A stretch of DNA of 64,000 nucleotides from Alphaproteobacteria bacterium. GTDB taxonomy: Bacteria; Pseudomonadota; Alphaproteobacteria; Rs-D84. The stretch spans positions 1 through 64,000 of the forward strand of contig JAVBPX010000004.1 of NCBI GenBank assembly GCA_031549365.1. Direction: 5' to 3'. The notes under the pieces are model-generated. The model saw only the letters and a list, made by a program, of their open reading frames with translations, made no database searches and was not told where the DNA came from. Each line of letters opens with the position of its first letter. The stretch's first letter is position 1. The translations under genes were made by a program, and so were the position numbers. This document shows positions 1 through 9,262 of the stretch, piece by piece.

Positions 1-504
1 GATACAAAGTCCTGTTCATTAAACGGCGGAACCGGTGAACATACTGGAACCTGGAACACAGCAACGAACGTTTATGATTACCCAACTTGCGTTGTTGATA
101 CTTGCCCTGCTGGATCTGAACTGAATGATAATTCATGCGGTGTATGTTCAGTTGCCAATGCTTCAACCTATGTTGCGAACACTTGTACCTTGGCATCTTG
201 TGCAACGAACTATTCCATCAACAACAGCAATAACACTTGCGTTGCCACGAACGATACAAAGTCCTGTTCATTAAACGGCGGAACTGGTGAACACACAGGA
301 ACTTGGAACACAGCAACGAACGTTTATGATTACCCAACTTGCGTTGTTGATACCTGTCCGGCTGGATCCGAACTGAATGATAATTCATGCGGTGTATGTT
401 CAGTTGCAAACGCTTCCACCTATGTTGCAAACACTTGTACATTATCTGCATGTCAATCTGGATACAGCATTAATAATGCCTTGAACACTTGCGTTGCCAC
501 GAAC
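1..504 (+). repeat. Two tandem 252-bp (84-aa) intragenic repeat units
   Basis: gatacaaagtcctgttcattaaacggcgga at 1 and 253; aacacttgcgttgccacgaac at 232 and 484. Confidence 0.95.
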
Positions 505-2277
505 CAAACACAACCATGCACAATTTCAAATGGAGTTGGAGAACAAACATCAACAGATGGCGGTCAAACATGGACGAATTGTGAAATTACATCATGTAAT
601 GCAAATTATCATATTGAAAATGGTCAATGCGCAAGCAATACGCGCGATTGCACGACAGAAATTTTGAACGCTGCATCTGCGACCGCAGTATGGGATAATG
701 GATTATGGACATGTGCTTTAAATTCATGTATAACAACACACACCAAATGGAATAACGCATGTTATGAAACTGTTGTTATTCAATCTTGTTCTTCGACCAA
801 AGGATCTGGAACACGGGTTAATATTTTTAATGAATTGTACGGCGATTACATTGTTGGATCATGTGTATATTCAAGTTGTTCTATGGGCTATTATCTGAAC
901 GGCGGATGTGTTGTGTGCCCAGAAAATGCAACATGTAGCGGCGGGACAGACGCATTCGAATGTAGCGGCGGATACATCTCAACAGATAATGGATGCATTC
1001 TTGCAAACCAGATTTGCACAGAGCAAATTCCAGGGGCTCATTTGGCAATGCAAAAATGGAATGGATCTGAATGGATTTGTGCATTGGAAGAATGTAAAGT
1101 AAATTACACAAAATCAGGCAATTCTTGTATCGCAAACACTCGTAATTGCACATCCGATATTCCACACGCAACATCCGCTGAGGCAATTTGGAATGAACAA
1201 ACATGGATCTGTTCGGTATTGTCCTGTGAATCTGGATACGAAGTATTAAATAACAAATGCGAAGCGATCAAATGTCCGGTGGGCACGTATGGGGATGGCA
1301 TAACATGTAATCAATGCCCAGAAAATTCAGAATGTCCACGCGGCTCAACACAAATTAAATGTAAAACAAATTATGTTTTGAATAACGATATGTGTAATGC
1401 CGCAACCCGCGCATGTGATTCCGAAATTATTGGGGCATTGTCCGCAACAGCCACATGGAACGGAACAGGTTGGACATGTATTTTGAATTCATGCTTAACA
1501 AATTATACAGTATCTGGAAATTCGTGTGTTGCCGATACGCGAGATTGTACGTTCGAGGTTGAATTTGCAACATCAGCAGCAGCAACATGGAATGGCACAT
1601 CCTGGGCTTGTGTGCCAACAACGTGCGAAGCCGGGTATATACCGAACGGCAATGTTTGCGGATCTGCTTGTAAGTCGGACGAGCATTTTACAGACGGAAT
1701 ATGTCAATTGAACAAAATAGATTGTAAATCTGAAATTTCGCACGCATTAACAGCGTACAAAACATGGGAAAATGACGAATGGTCCGATTGTTCCGCAGAA
1801 ACGTGTGAAAAAGATTACCACCCGGAAATGGACATTGTTACCGATGCAAAAATATGCGTATTGAATTCTCGCGAATGTGCAACGTTCCCTGAAAATGCCA
1901 AAACTGCGGTTGAAAAATGGACAGGATACAGTTGGGGATTATGCACAATTACCGAATGCGAATATGGGTTCGAGAAAAAATCCAATGAAACTTGTATCGC
2001 ATGTTCTCGTTCACATGCAGAGAGCTATGGCAATAATTGTGAAGTTTTGAGCTGTGAACCTCGTTATGAAAAAATCAACGGATCTTGTGTTGCTTGTTCT
2101 CGCCCTGGCGCCATTGACTATGATGACAACTGTGAAATATTGATGTGTAGTGATAATTATGAATTGGTTTCTGGGAAATGTCGTGCAATCATCAAACCTG
2201 CCCCATCTCGCGACCGCTCTGCCCGGGACAGTATGTCCAGCTCATCCGGCGTTCCGTTAACGGTAGGTCGAAGATAG
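1..2277 (+). CDS. Large Cys-rich repeat protein, probably surface or secreted (5' end outside the window)
   Basis: Frame open from base 1 (DTKSCSLNGG...) to TAG at 2277. Many roughly 42-aa modules (TRDCxxEIxxAxSAxAxWNGxxWxCxLxSCxxxY) and CxxCPxxxxC motifs. Confidence 0.85.
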   Translation, partial: DTKSCSLNGGTGEHTGTWNTATNVYDYPTCVVDTCPAGSELNDNSCGVCSVANASTYVANTCTLASCATNYSINNSNNTCVATNDTKSCSLNGGTGEHTGTWNTATNVYDYPTCVVDTCPAGSELNDNSCGVCSVANASTYVANTCTLSACQSGYSINNALNTCVATNQTQPCTISNGVGEQTSTDGGQTWTNCEITSCNANYHIENGQCASNTRDCTTEILNAASATAVWDNGLWTCALNSCITTHTKWNNACYETVVIQSCSSTKGSGTRVNIFNELYGDYIVGSCVYSSCSMGYYLNGGCVVCPENATCSGGTDAFECSGGYISTDNGCILANQICTEQIPGAHLAMQKWNGSEWICALEECKVNYTKSGNSCIANTRNCTSDIPHATSAEAIWNEQTWICSVLSCESGYEVLNNKCEAIKCPVGTYGDGITCNQCPENSECPRGSTQIKCKTNYVLNNDMCNAATRACDSEIIGALSATATWNGTGWTCILNSCLTNYTVSGNSCVADTRDCTFEVEFATSAAATWNGTSWACVPTTCEAGYIPNGNVCGSACKSDEHFTDGICQLNKIDCKSEISHALTAYKTWENDEWSDCSAETCEKDYHPEMDIVTDAKICVLNSRECATFPENAKTAVEKWTGYSWGLCTITECEYGFEKKSNETCIACSRSHAESYGNNCEVLSCEPRYEKINGSCVACSRPGAIDYDDNCEILMCSDNYELVSGKCRAIIKPAPSRDRSARDSMSSSSGVPLTVGRR

Positions 2278-2290
2278 TAAAAAATTTCAC

Positions 2291-2319
2291 TTGCATTTTA
2301 TAAAATAATACAATAAAAT
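2291..2319 (+). promoter_or_regulatory. Sigma70-type promoter of tRNA-Asp/Glu
   Basis: TTGCAT-17bp-TAAAAT about 20 bp upstream of tRNA-Asp. Confidence 0.6.
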
Positions 2320-2338
2320 TGCACAGCATTGTTGATAT

Positions 2339-2415
2339 GGGGTTGTAGCTCAGTTGGTTAGAGCGTCTGCCTGTCACGCAGAAGGCCGCGGGTTCGAGTC
2401 CCGTCAATCCCGCCA
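2339..2415 (+). tRNA. tRNA-Asp(GTC)
   Basis: Cloverleaf with GGGGTTG/CAATCCC acceptor stem, anticodon loop CTGTCAC, GGTTCGAGTCC, G73 and CCA. Confidence 0.97.
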
Positions 2416-2441
2416 TTTTCAAGATGTATTTGTAAATATTT

Positions 2442-2516
2442 GTCCCCATCGTCTAACGGTTAGGACAGCGCCCTTTCAAGGCGCTAATACCGGTTCGAAT
2501 CCGGTTGGGGATGCCA
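2442..2516 (+). tRNA. tRNA-Glu(TTC)
   Basis: GTCCCCA/TGGGGAT stem, anticodon loop CTTTCAA, T-loop GGTTCGAATCC, CCA end. Confidence 0.97.
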
Positions 2517-2521
2517 ATAAA

Positions 2522-2553
2522 ATAAAAACCACCATTATGGTGGTTTTTATTTT
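2522..2553. terminator. Intrinsic terminator after tRNA-Glu
   Basis: ataaaaaccacca-tta-tggtggtttttatttt hairpin with A/T tails. Confidence 0.8.
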
Positions 2554-2607
2554 AGAATTTCACTCATTTTTTAAACCAAGGTTTACTCAACCATTTTTAA
2601 AATTCTC

Positions 2608-2700
2608 GGATTTGAACCCGTTGAGACGGATCCAGAAAACAATTAATAATTGTTTTCCCGTCGAAACAGCAACAGCAATCTTTGATTGTGTGGTTGCGTT
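2608..2700. repeat. tRNA-linked structured element, copy 1 (next to tRNA-Thr)
   Basis: 13-bp copy of the tRNA-Thr T-arm (ggatttgaacccg, also at 2741), then a core gagacggatccagaaaacaattaataattgttttcccgtcg shared with 25514-25553. Confidence 0.85.
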
Positions 2701-2726
2701 GTCAGAATATAGTTTGGGGATTTTGA

Positions 2727-2802
2727 TGGTGCCGGTTGCAGGATTTGAACCCGCGACCTACTGATTACAAATCAGTCGCTCTACCAACTGAGCTAAACCG
2801 GC
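2727..2802 (-). tRNA. tRNA-Thr(TGT)
   Basis: Reverse complement GCCGGTTTAGCTCAGTTGGTAGAGCGACTGATTTGTAATCAG...GGCACCA. Confidence 0.97.
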
Positions 2803-2951
2803 CCGATTGCAAGGCCTATTATATGGATATTTTTTTTAAAATCAAGAGCAAATTTGAAAAATTACCCGACACCCCCCTTTTTGTTAAATATTTTATTGAT
2901 AATATGGTTTTTTTCTCTATAATCCCATGATTGGAAATAACAGGGATAAAA

Positions 2952-4424
2952 ATGTCTATAAATAATAAATATCAAATAATAAACGTTAAAACAGAAGCAG
3001 AACAAAGTGTTCGAGACGCTGAAAACATCCAAAAAATTTCAACCGCACGGGATGCAGAAATAATTGATTCTGAGGCATATGATTATTTGGTGTCGTTATA
3101 CGCCGATGGAATGCATTGGTACCGTGAAGTTTTTTATAATTTAGGATTATATTTAGACGAACCCAAAACCCCGACATACAAATATGATTTAAAAACAGGG
3201 GATGCCTCACGCGATCCCGTTCAGATTGGCGAAATTAACCCCGGCGGCAGTTATTTGGTGCATCATATTTTTAAATTAAACCCATTTCGCAACCAATTTA
3301 TTGAATTTGACGGATATAAAACATTTCAAGAAGTTTCCGGAGCCGTATCCGTAATCGTTGCTGCTCAAAAAAGCGTTGATAGATCGATTGAAAAAATTAT
3401 AACAAAATATTACGACTGGTATATTCGAGATATTATTTCTGTGGTTCGTTCCTGGGCCGAACGCGATCTAGATTCTGAATTATTAAACGACATGTGTTCA
3501 AAAATTGAACAAAAATTAAAATTAAAATATATGTCCAATGCAACATCATGGGTTTTGAATATTGTATTACCGTATATTCAACATGGCGCTGGGGATTTGG
3601 AACAAAGGTTAAATTTCATATTAAAACCATACCAACATTTGAGAGATGTTTACCGTATTAAATGTTTATTTGATTTAGTACCTCAAATCCGTGCATTTTT
3701 GGGCAGTATCAAAGAACGTCATCCAAATAAAATATTATTTCACAAAGATTCTTTTTATTACCCAGACAACAAACGTAATTACCGCGACGCCAAAGTTATA
3801 TTGAATATTGGAAATCCTGACGGTCATGTTGTCCCGTTTGAAATGTTATGCCAAGTGCGCTCTTTTTATGAATTTGAATCTGCATCACATTCAGGATACC
3901 AAGATGTTCGTTCTTGCAAAACTATTAACATAGAAAACGCAACACGCGATGACGTTCTGGCATATCATTGCAGCGGAGTTTCAAAATATAACCAATTAGT
4001 CAAAGATTGCATGAACAATTTATATGATCGCGTTGGTTGGAATGTGTTATACGAACGTTTGGGTGAACACCCCCGCGAATTATTGAGCGGATTTCCAAAA
4101 TTGCCCGAAAAAAATCAATATTATCCCGCCGAAATGATTGGTGTTATATTGAACAAAGTTGAAAAAAACATTCAAAACGAAATATTTAAAATGGATGATG
4201 CTGCACGCGATCTGAAAATATCCGAATTGAGCGAAGTATTTGATTATTTGACACGTTTTATTATTGAATCGGCAATGCCCTATTACGATCCATCGATGGA
4301 GGCCGTGGGCACAGATGCGAATAAAAAAACAACCGATCAATTATTTGATTTTGTAATGGCTGAATTATATCGTTATCACAAAAATAGTTTACCATTCGAT
4401 TTATATAAAACCAAAGAAGTATAA
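2952..4424 (+). CDS. Hypothetical protein with a putative divergent RelA/SpoT-like nucleotidyltransferase domain
   Basis: Ordered motifs QKSVDRSIEKIITKY, LRDVYRIK, KDSFYYP-NYRD, FEMLCQ, HSGYQDVR. ATG 2952 follows a purine-rich RBS-like stretch. Confidence 0.55.
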   Translation: MSINNKYQIINVKTEAEQSVRDAENIQKISTARDAEIIDSEAYDYLVSLYADGMHWYREVFYNLGLYLDEPKTPTYKYDLKTGDASRDPVQIGEINPGGSYLVHHIFKLNPFRNQFIEFDGYKTFQEVSGAVSVIVAAQKSVDRSIEKIITKYYDWYIRDIISVVRSWAERDLDSELLNDMCSKIEQKLKLKYMSNATSWVLNIVLPYIQHGAGDLEQRLNFILKPYQHLRDVYRIKCLFDLVPQIRAFLGSIKERHPNKILFHKDSFYYPDNKRNYRDAKVILNIGNPDGHVVPFEMLCQVRSFYEFESASHSGYQDVRSCKTINIENATRDDVLAYHCSGVSKYNQLVKDCMNNLYDRVGWNVLYERLGEHPRELLSGFPKLPEKNQYYPAEMIGVILNKVEKNIQNEIFKMDDAARDLKISELSEVFDYLTRFIIESAMPYYDPSMEAVGTDANKKTTDQLFDFVMAELYRYHKNSLPFDLYKTKEV

Positions 4425-4425
4425 T

Positions 4426-5673
4426 ATGAAAAAATTGCCTGAATTATTGGCTCCCGCGGGTACATTGGACGGATTAAAAACAGCGATTTTATATGGTGCG
4501 GATGCAGTATACGCGGGGCTGCCTGGTTTTTCATTGCGTACTCGTGCCAAGATGACATGGGAAGAATTGCTAGAAGGGATTTCATTCATTCGCGCAAATA
4601 ACAAGAAATTATATATTGCATTGAATTTATTTGCGCATAATCGTGATTATGAAAATATGCCTGCGATTGCCGAGCGTATTAAAATTGTAAACCCAGATGG
4701 TTTAATTGTGGCCGACCCAGGCGTATTTATGTGGGCTCGCGAACAATTCCCTGACCTAGAGTTACATATATCAACCCAGGCAAACATTTGTTCCGCAAAA
4801 ACAGTAAAATTTTGGCAAAATTCTGGGGCATCATTATGCGTTTTGGCACGCGAAGTATCACATAATGAATTCAAAAACATCCGCGCCGCTTGCCCTGATA
4901 TTAAATTGGAAATTTTTGTTCATGGGGCAATGTGCATGAGTTACTCTGGCCGCTGCTTGTTATCAAATTTTGCAACGGGCCGGCCAGCAAATCGCGGAGC
5001 ATGCGCGCAATTATGCCGTTGGAAATATGATGTTGTTTTGCGTAATCCAGACACGGGTTTGGAAATGCCAATTGACGAAGATGAACGTGGCGCATACATA
5101 ATGAATGCCAAAGATTTATGTTTAATGCCCAGATTATCAGAAGTTTTATCATCAAATCCAGATTCGTTAAAAATCGAAGGACGTAACCGCAGTGAATATT
5201 ATGTTGGATCCGTCGTGCGCGCATATCGTGCGGCAATGGATTCCTGGGCGTCGAACCCCTATAATTTTGATCCAGCGCCATTTATGAGCGATTTAAATCT
5301 GTTGCAAACACGCGGGTATACGGTTGCCTTTTTTGATGGGAACGTGGGGCCAGACGCACACGACTATGAAACAACGCGTTCCAATTCCGAATTTGTATCC
5401 GCAGGCATTGTAACATCCGTTGATACAGAAAATCTGATAATGGAATTACGAAATGCTTGTGCAATTGGTGACACAATAACATTTATGCCGCCACACAATC
5501 GTGAAAAAATATCAGTTAAATTAAAAGAAGTTATAAACGCTATAAATGGGGAACAATTGGATAAATTATCCGCAGGTCAACACAACAGCATAAAAATCCC
5601 ATTAGCCTGGTTCGATGTAAATAACGTTGCGGATTTATTACCCCCGCTATCAATTGCATATAAATCAGCATAA
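4426..5673 (+). CDS. Peptidase U32 family protein (TrhP/YegQ-like tRNA hydroxylase)
   Basis: PELLAPAG, YGADAVY, HISTQAN, HGAMCMSYSGRC, NRGACAQLCRW, SLKIEGR. Confidence 0.9.
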   Translation: MKKLPELLAPAGTLDGLKTAILYGADAVYAGLPGFSLRTRAKMTWEELLEGISFIRANNKKLYIALNLFAHNRDYENMPAIAERIKIVNPDGLIVADPGVFMWAREQFPDLELHISTQANICSAKTVKFWQNSGASLCVLAREVSHNEFKNIRAACPDIKLEIFVHGAMCMSYSGRCLLSNFATGRPANRGACAQLCRWKYDVVLRNPDTGLEMPIDEDERGAYIMNAKDLCLMPRLSEVLSSNPDSLKIEGRNRSEYYVGSVVRAYRAAMDSWASNPYNFDPAPFMSDLNLLQTRGYTVAFFDGNVGPDAHDYETTRSNSEFVSAGIVTSVDTENLIMELRNACAIGDTITFMPPHNREKISVKLKEVINAINGEQLDKLSAGQHNSIKIPLAWFDVNNVADLLPPLSIAYKSA

Positions 5674-5683
5674 AGTGCATATA

Positions 5684-5712
5684 AAAAAACCAGGATAAAA
5701 CCTGGTTTTTTT
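5684..5712. terminator. Bidirectional intrinsic terminator
   Basis: aaaaaaaccagg-ataaaa-cctggttttttt between convergent genes. Confidence 0.8.
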
Positions 5713-6091
5713 ATTTCTTGACAGTAATGCCCCCGCTATCCAAATTTTCCTTTAACAAAACCCCCAATACGCACAGAGATACCGAGTCCTTGATTTTTTT
5801 ATCACGAGGCTGTTCCGTGCGCGCAGCCAATGTTGTTAAACAATCTGAAACCAATTTTGAATACTCGCGAAATTTTTCAGGCTGTCCTGCGATAACATCC
5901 GACGAAAAATGATCTTGGATTAAAGATTGTACAGCAACATCCCTACGTTCATCAGACGCGCGGGACCAATCATATAATGTTCCACCGACCAATGGTTTTG
6001 ATGGGTGTGCAATAAAATAAATTGCGCCACCAACTATTGCTGCCAAACCCAGCGTTATTAAAACGTATTGTGCTCTCTTTTTGAAAATCAT
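5711..6091 (-). CDS. Hypothetical membrane-anchored protein
   Basis: Start MIFKKRAQYVLITLGLAAIVGGAIYF overlaps the upstream stop (TAATG). N-terminal TM segment and two Cys. Confidence 0.7.
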   Translation of the reverse strand: MIFKKRAQYVLITLGLAAIVGGAIYFIAHPSKPLVGGTLYDWSRASDERRDVAVQSLIQDHFSSDVIAGQPEKFREYSKLVSDCLTTLAARTEQPRDKKIKDSVSLCVLGVLLKENLDSGGITVKK

Positions 6092-6408
6092 TATCTTAAT
6101 CCTTTTTGACGACAGCACGCTTCGGCGGCTTCCCTCCATGTTGCAAAATCTGTCTGAGGGGCATGCACATTTTTCCAAGGTTTCCATTCATTACATGTTT
6201 GCTTGTCATTAATCGTCGAACACTTGGCATAGCGACGAACTATACAAGATTCTGATGAAATCGCACCCGTATCACTGGTGCATTGAATTGTCATATTTTG
6301 GTTCTTGGCCTCGCCCGAACCCAGTTCTTTGGCTGTGCCCACCTGATACGCATTTGCGGCAAATGCCAACGATCCCAAACACAAAAAACTGATTAAAACT
6401 TTTCTCAT
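6091..6408 (-). CDS. Small secreted Cys-containing hypothetical protein
   Basis: Signal peptide MRKVLISFLCLGSLAFAANA, RBS AAGGAG upstream, six Cys in the mature part. Confidence 0.75.
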   Translation of the reverse strand: MRKVLISFLCLGSLAFAANAYQVGTAKELGSGEAKNQNMTIQCTSDTGAISSESCIVRRYAKCSTINDKQTCNEWKPWKNVHAPQTDFATWREAAEACCRQKGLR

Positions 6409-6469
6409 ATTAATCTCCTTGACTATACCTATAAATTCTAGCACATTTTCATAACGCGCGCAAGGGTTT

Positions 6470-7114
6470 CTATGCTCCCTTGAACCCAGTCGCAACAATA
6501 AACATTTCAACCGATTCTTTGCGTGATGATGCCGGCTTGACATGTTTAATAGATGTAAAATTTTTACGAATTTCCGCCAACAATTCAACGGTTGTGCCAC
6601 CCGTAAATGATTTTGCAACAAAAGTTCCGCCATTTTTTAAAACGGATTTGGCAAAATCAAAAGCATATTCCAGTAATACCATTTGACGAATATGATCGGT
6701 TCTTTGATGCCCCGTTGTATTTGGAGCCATATCGGATAAAACGACATCAATCGAATTTGGCCCAACCTGATTATTCAACCACTCCAAAGCTTCGTCGGAA
6801 GTAAAATCCCCGCGATAAAATATTACATTGGGCAACGGATCCATTTCCAATAAATCCATCGCAATAACACGAGAGCGAGGATATTCTCGCCCAATAAATT
6901 GCGACCATCCTCCGGGTGCAGACCCTAAATCAACAACCGCTTGGCCATCTCGCAAAAAACGAAATTTTTCATTTAATTCAACCAATTTATATGTTGCGCG
7001 GGATCGATACCCCTCTTTCGCAGCGCGTAAAACATATGGATCTTTCATCTGGCGCTGCAACCATGCAGACGACGACTTTGATTTACGAATCTTTTTATTT
7101 TGAATTCCAGTCAT
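6470..7114 (-). CDS. rlmE: 23S rRNA Um2552 methyltransferase RlmE/FtsJ
   Basis: GYRSRATYKL, VDLGSAPGGWSQ, SDMAPNTTG, KPASSRKES. Confidence 0.95.
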   Translation of the reverse strand: MTGIQNKKIRKSKSSSAWLQRQMKDPYVLRAAKEGYRSRATYKLVELNEKFRFLRDGQAVVDLGSAPGGWSQFIGREYPRSRVIAMDLLEMDPLPNVIFYRGDFTSDEALEWLNNQVGPNSIDVVLSDMAPNTTGHQRTDHIRQMVLLEYAFDFAKSVLKNGGTFVAKSFTGGTTVELLAEIRKNFTSIKHVKPASSRKESVEMFIVATGFKGA

Positions 7115-8499
7115 TATTTTTTGCCTAACATATATTCTGGTGGCATATCACCATTTTCAGTTGCTTGTTTTTGCATATCTTGGGCCATTTTCATCATGTT
7201 CTGCATGCCGCCCATGGATTGCATTTGCTTCATAACGCTCTGCATTTTTTCAAAATTTTTCAATAATTTTTCGACATCAGACACTGATGTTCCCGACCCA
7301 CGAGCAATGCGCTGTTTTCTCGCAGCAAAAATAATCGATGGATTTTTGCGTTCATTTGGCGTCATTGATAACAACATTGCTTCTTGGTGTAAAATTGTTT
7401 TGTCATTCACTTTATCCTTTAATTCGCCGGCCATTTTGCCGATCCCTGGGATTAATTTCAACAATCCGCCCAACGAACCCAACCGTTTCATTTGTTTAAT
7501 TTGTTTTAACATATCATCCAAATCAAATTTTCCATCCATAAATCGACCGACCAATCGCTCTGTTTCTTTTTCATCTAAATTTTCTTGGGCTTTTTCAACC
7601 AGAGTAACAACATCACCCATCCCCAGGATTCTGGAAGCCAAACGATCAGGATAAAACTGTTCGATATCATTTATTTTTTCCCCAATACCTGTAAATAATA
7701 TTGGTGCACCGGACACAATGCGCATCGATAATGCAGCGCCTCCCCGGGCATCACCATCGGCGCGGGTTAATATAATTCCTGTTATGTTCAAGGCCTCATG
7801 AAAAGCGCGAGCCACGGCAACAGATTCTTGGCCAGCCATCGCATCAACTGTTAACAAAACGTTATCTGGCTTGGTTATTTTCTTTAATTCAATAATTTCC
7901 GTCATTAACTTTTCATCAATCTGTAAACGCCCGGCAGTATCAATGATTACAACATCATAATCCGCGCCAACCTTTATCGCCCGTTTTGCAATTTCACTGG
8001 GCTTTTCAGATTCAATGATATCCAAAACATCAATATTAATCGAGTTTCCCAAAATTGTTAATTGTTCGCGGGCCATTGGACGATAAATATCGGTAGATGC
8101 CAATAACACGCGTTTATTTTTTTTATCTCGCAAATACAACGCCAGCTTGCCCGCTGTCGTTGTTTTTCCCGTCCCCTGCAAACCAGACATTAAAATAACA
8201 GAGGGTTTATTTGATAAATCCAACTCGGCGGCATCGCCCCCCAACATTTTAACCAGGGAATCATATACTATTTTTGTTATCATTTCATGTGGGCGAACGT
8301 TTTCAACGATTTTTTCGCCAATCGCTTGGGTCCGGATTTCTGCCAATATTTGTTTAACCACGGGCAACGCAACATCTGCTTCCAATAATGCCGTACGTAT
8401 ATCCGAAAAAGCAGAATCCAACATGTCTTCTGTCAAATGTGTACGACCGCGCAAACGATCGAATGTGGTTGATAATCTTCGCGACAAATTGTCAAACAT
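7114..8499 (-). CDS. ffh: Signal recognition particle protein Ffh
   Basis: MFDNLS start, GLQGTGKTT, DTAGR, RILGMGD, Met-rich M domain. Confidence 0.97.
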   Translation of the reverse strand: MFDNLSRRLSTTFDRLRGRTHLTEDMLDSAFSDIRTALLEADVALPVVKQILAEIRTQAIGEKIVENVRPHEMITKIVYDSLVKMLGGDAAELDLSNKPSVILMSGLQGTGKTTTAGKLALYLRDKKNKRVLLASTDIYRPMAREQLTILGNSINIDVLDIIESEKPSEIAKRAIKVGADYDVVIIDTAGRLQIDEKLMTEIIELKKITKPDNVLLTVDAMAGQESVAVARAFHEALNITGIILTRADGDARGGAALSMRIVSGAPILFTGIGEKINDIEQFYPDRLASRILGMGDVVTLVEKAQENLDEKETERLVGRFMDGKFDLDDMLKQIKQMKRLGSLGGLLKLIPGIGKMAGELKDKVNDKTILHQEAMLLSMTPNERKNPSIIFAARKQRIARGSGTSVSDVEKLLKNFEKMQSVMKQMQSMGGMQNMMKMAQDMQKQATENGDMPPEYMLGKK

Positions 8500-8564
8500 T
8501 TTTCTTGCCTTTTTGTTTGTATTTGCTAGTATTTTCATTATAAAACAAAGACTTGGGTTTTGCC

Positions 8565-9236
8565 ATGAAAAAAAATGCCCCAATAAACATTGTTTGCATA
8601 AAACATGAAAAATCTACGAATCCCGCGGCAGTAAATCGCCTATATTCCATGATTTTAGCCAACATTTCAAAACCATTTAATTTTTATTGCATAACAAATG
8701 ATCAATCCGGGCTTCGGTCCGAAATTATATGCAGGCACATCCCAACAATTCGTTTGCCAAAAAAATACGGTACGGAATGGGTTAAAATGTCGTTATTCCA
8801 TCAAAATATGTCAAAAATCAGCGGGCGAACATTATATCTGGATTTAAATGTTGTTATTACCGGCCTTTTGGATGATTTGTTTGAAATAGAATCTAGTAAA
8901 TTTATGCATTTAAACAATTGTTTTTTATATAATCCGTCTGAACCAATCTATTTTGAAATGTTCAGGGTTTTTGAACAAAAATCAGCGGAAATATGCCAAA
9001 AATTTACAAATCCCATGAATTATATAGATATGTATTTGGGTAATAAATTAAAATCATCGCCCATGCCTGACGGATTAATTATAAATTTTGTTTCTGATTG
9101 CAAACGTAATTTCCCATTAAACTTGTTTTTAAAACCGCGACAACCCCGTGATGCCAAAATAATATATTTTTCGCACCACGAAATCGATAAGCAGGCAAAC
9201 AAAATTAATTGGATTAAAAAATTTTATAAAAAATAA
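8565..9236 (+). CDS. GT-A glycosyltransferase-like protein (degenerate)
   Basis: NIVCIK...VNRLYSM, FYCITND, WVKMSLF, LYLDLNVVI (DxD appears as DLN). Confidence 0.6.
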   Translation: MKKNAPINIVCIKHEKSTNPAAVNRLYSMILANISKPFNFYCITNDQSGLRSEIICRHIPTIRLPKKYGTEWVKMSLFHQNMSKISGRTLYLDLNVVITGLLDDLFEIESSKFMHLNNCFLYNPSEPIYFEMFRVFEQKSAEICQKFTNPMNYIDMYLGNKLKSSPMPDGLIINFVSDCKRNFPLNLFLKPRQPRDAKIIYFSHHEIDKQANKINWIKKFYKK

Positions 9237-9262
9237 TTTTGTGAATTTTCAATAAATTATTT

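Noticed and set aside
1-504. 252-bp repeat pair as a diversity-generating retroelement template and variable region
   Set aside because: The differences are synonymous and not adenine-specific, both copies are in one ORF, and there is no reverse transcriptase in the window.
2354-2930. ORFs overlapping tRNA-Asp, tRNA-Glu and tRNA-Thr
   Set aside because: These are spurious translations of tRNA genes. The same applies to 47776-48075 and to the N-terminal extension of 27918-28976.
7100-8608. Long antisense ORFs opposite ffh (and opposite uvrA, tsf, rpsB and others)
   Set aside because: These are shadow ORFs produced by codon bias of conserved genes, with no recognisable domains.
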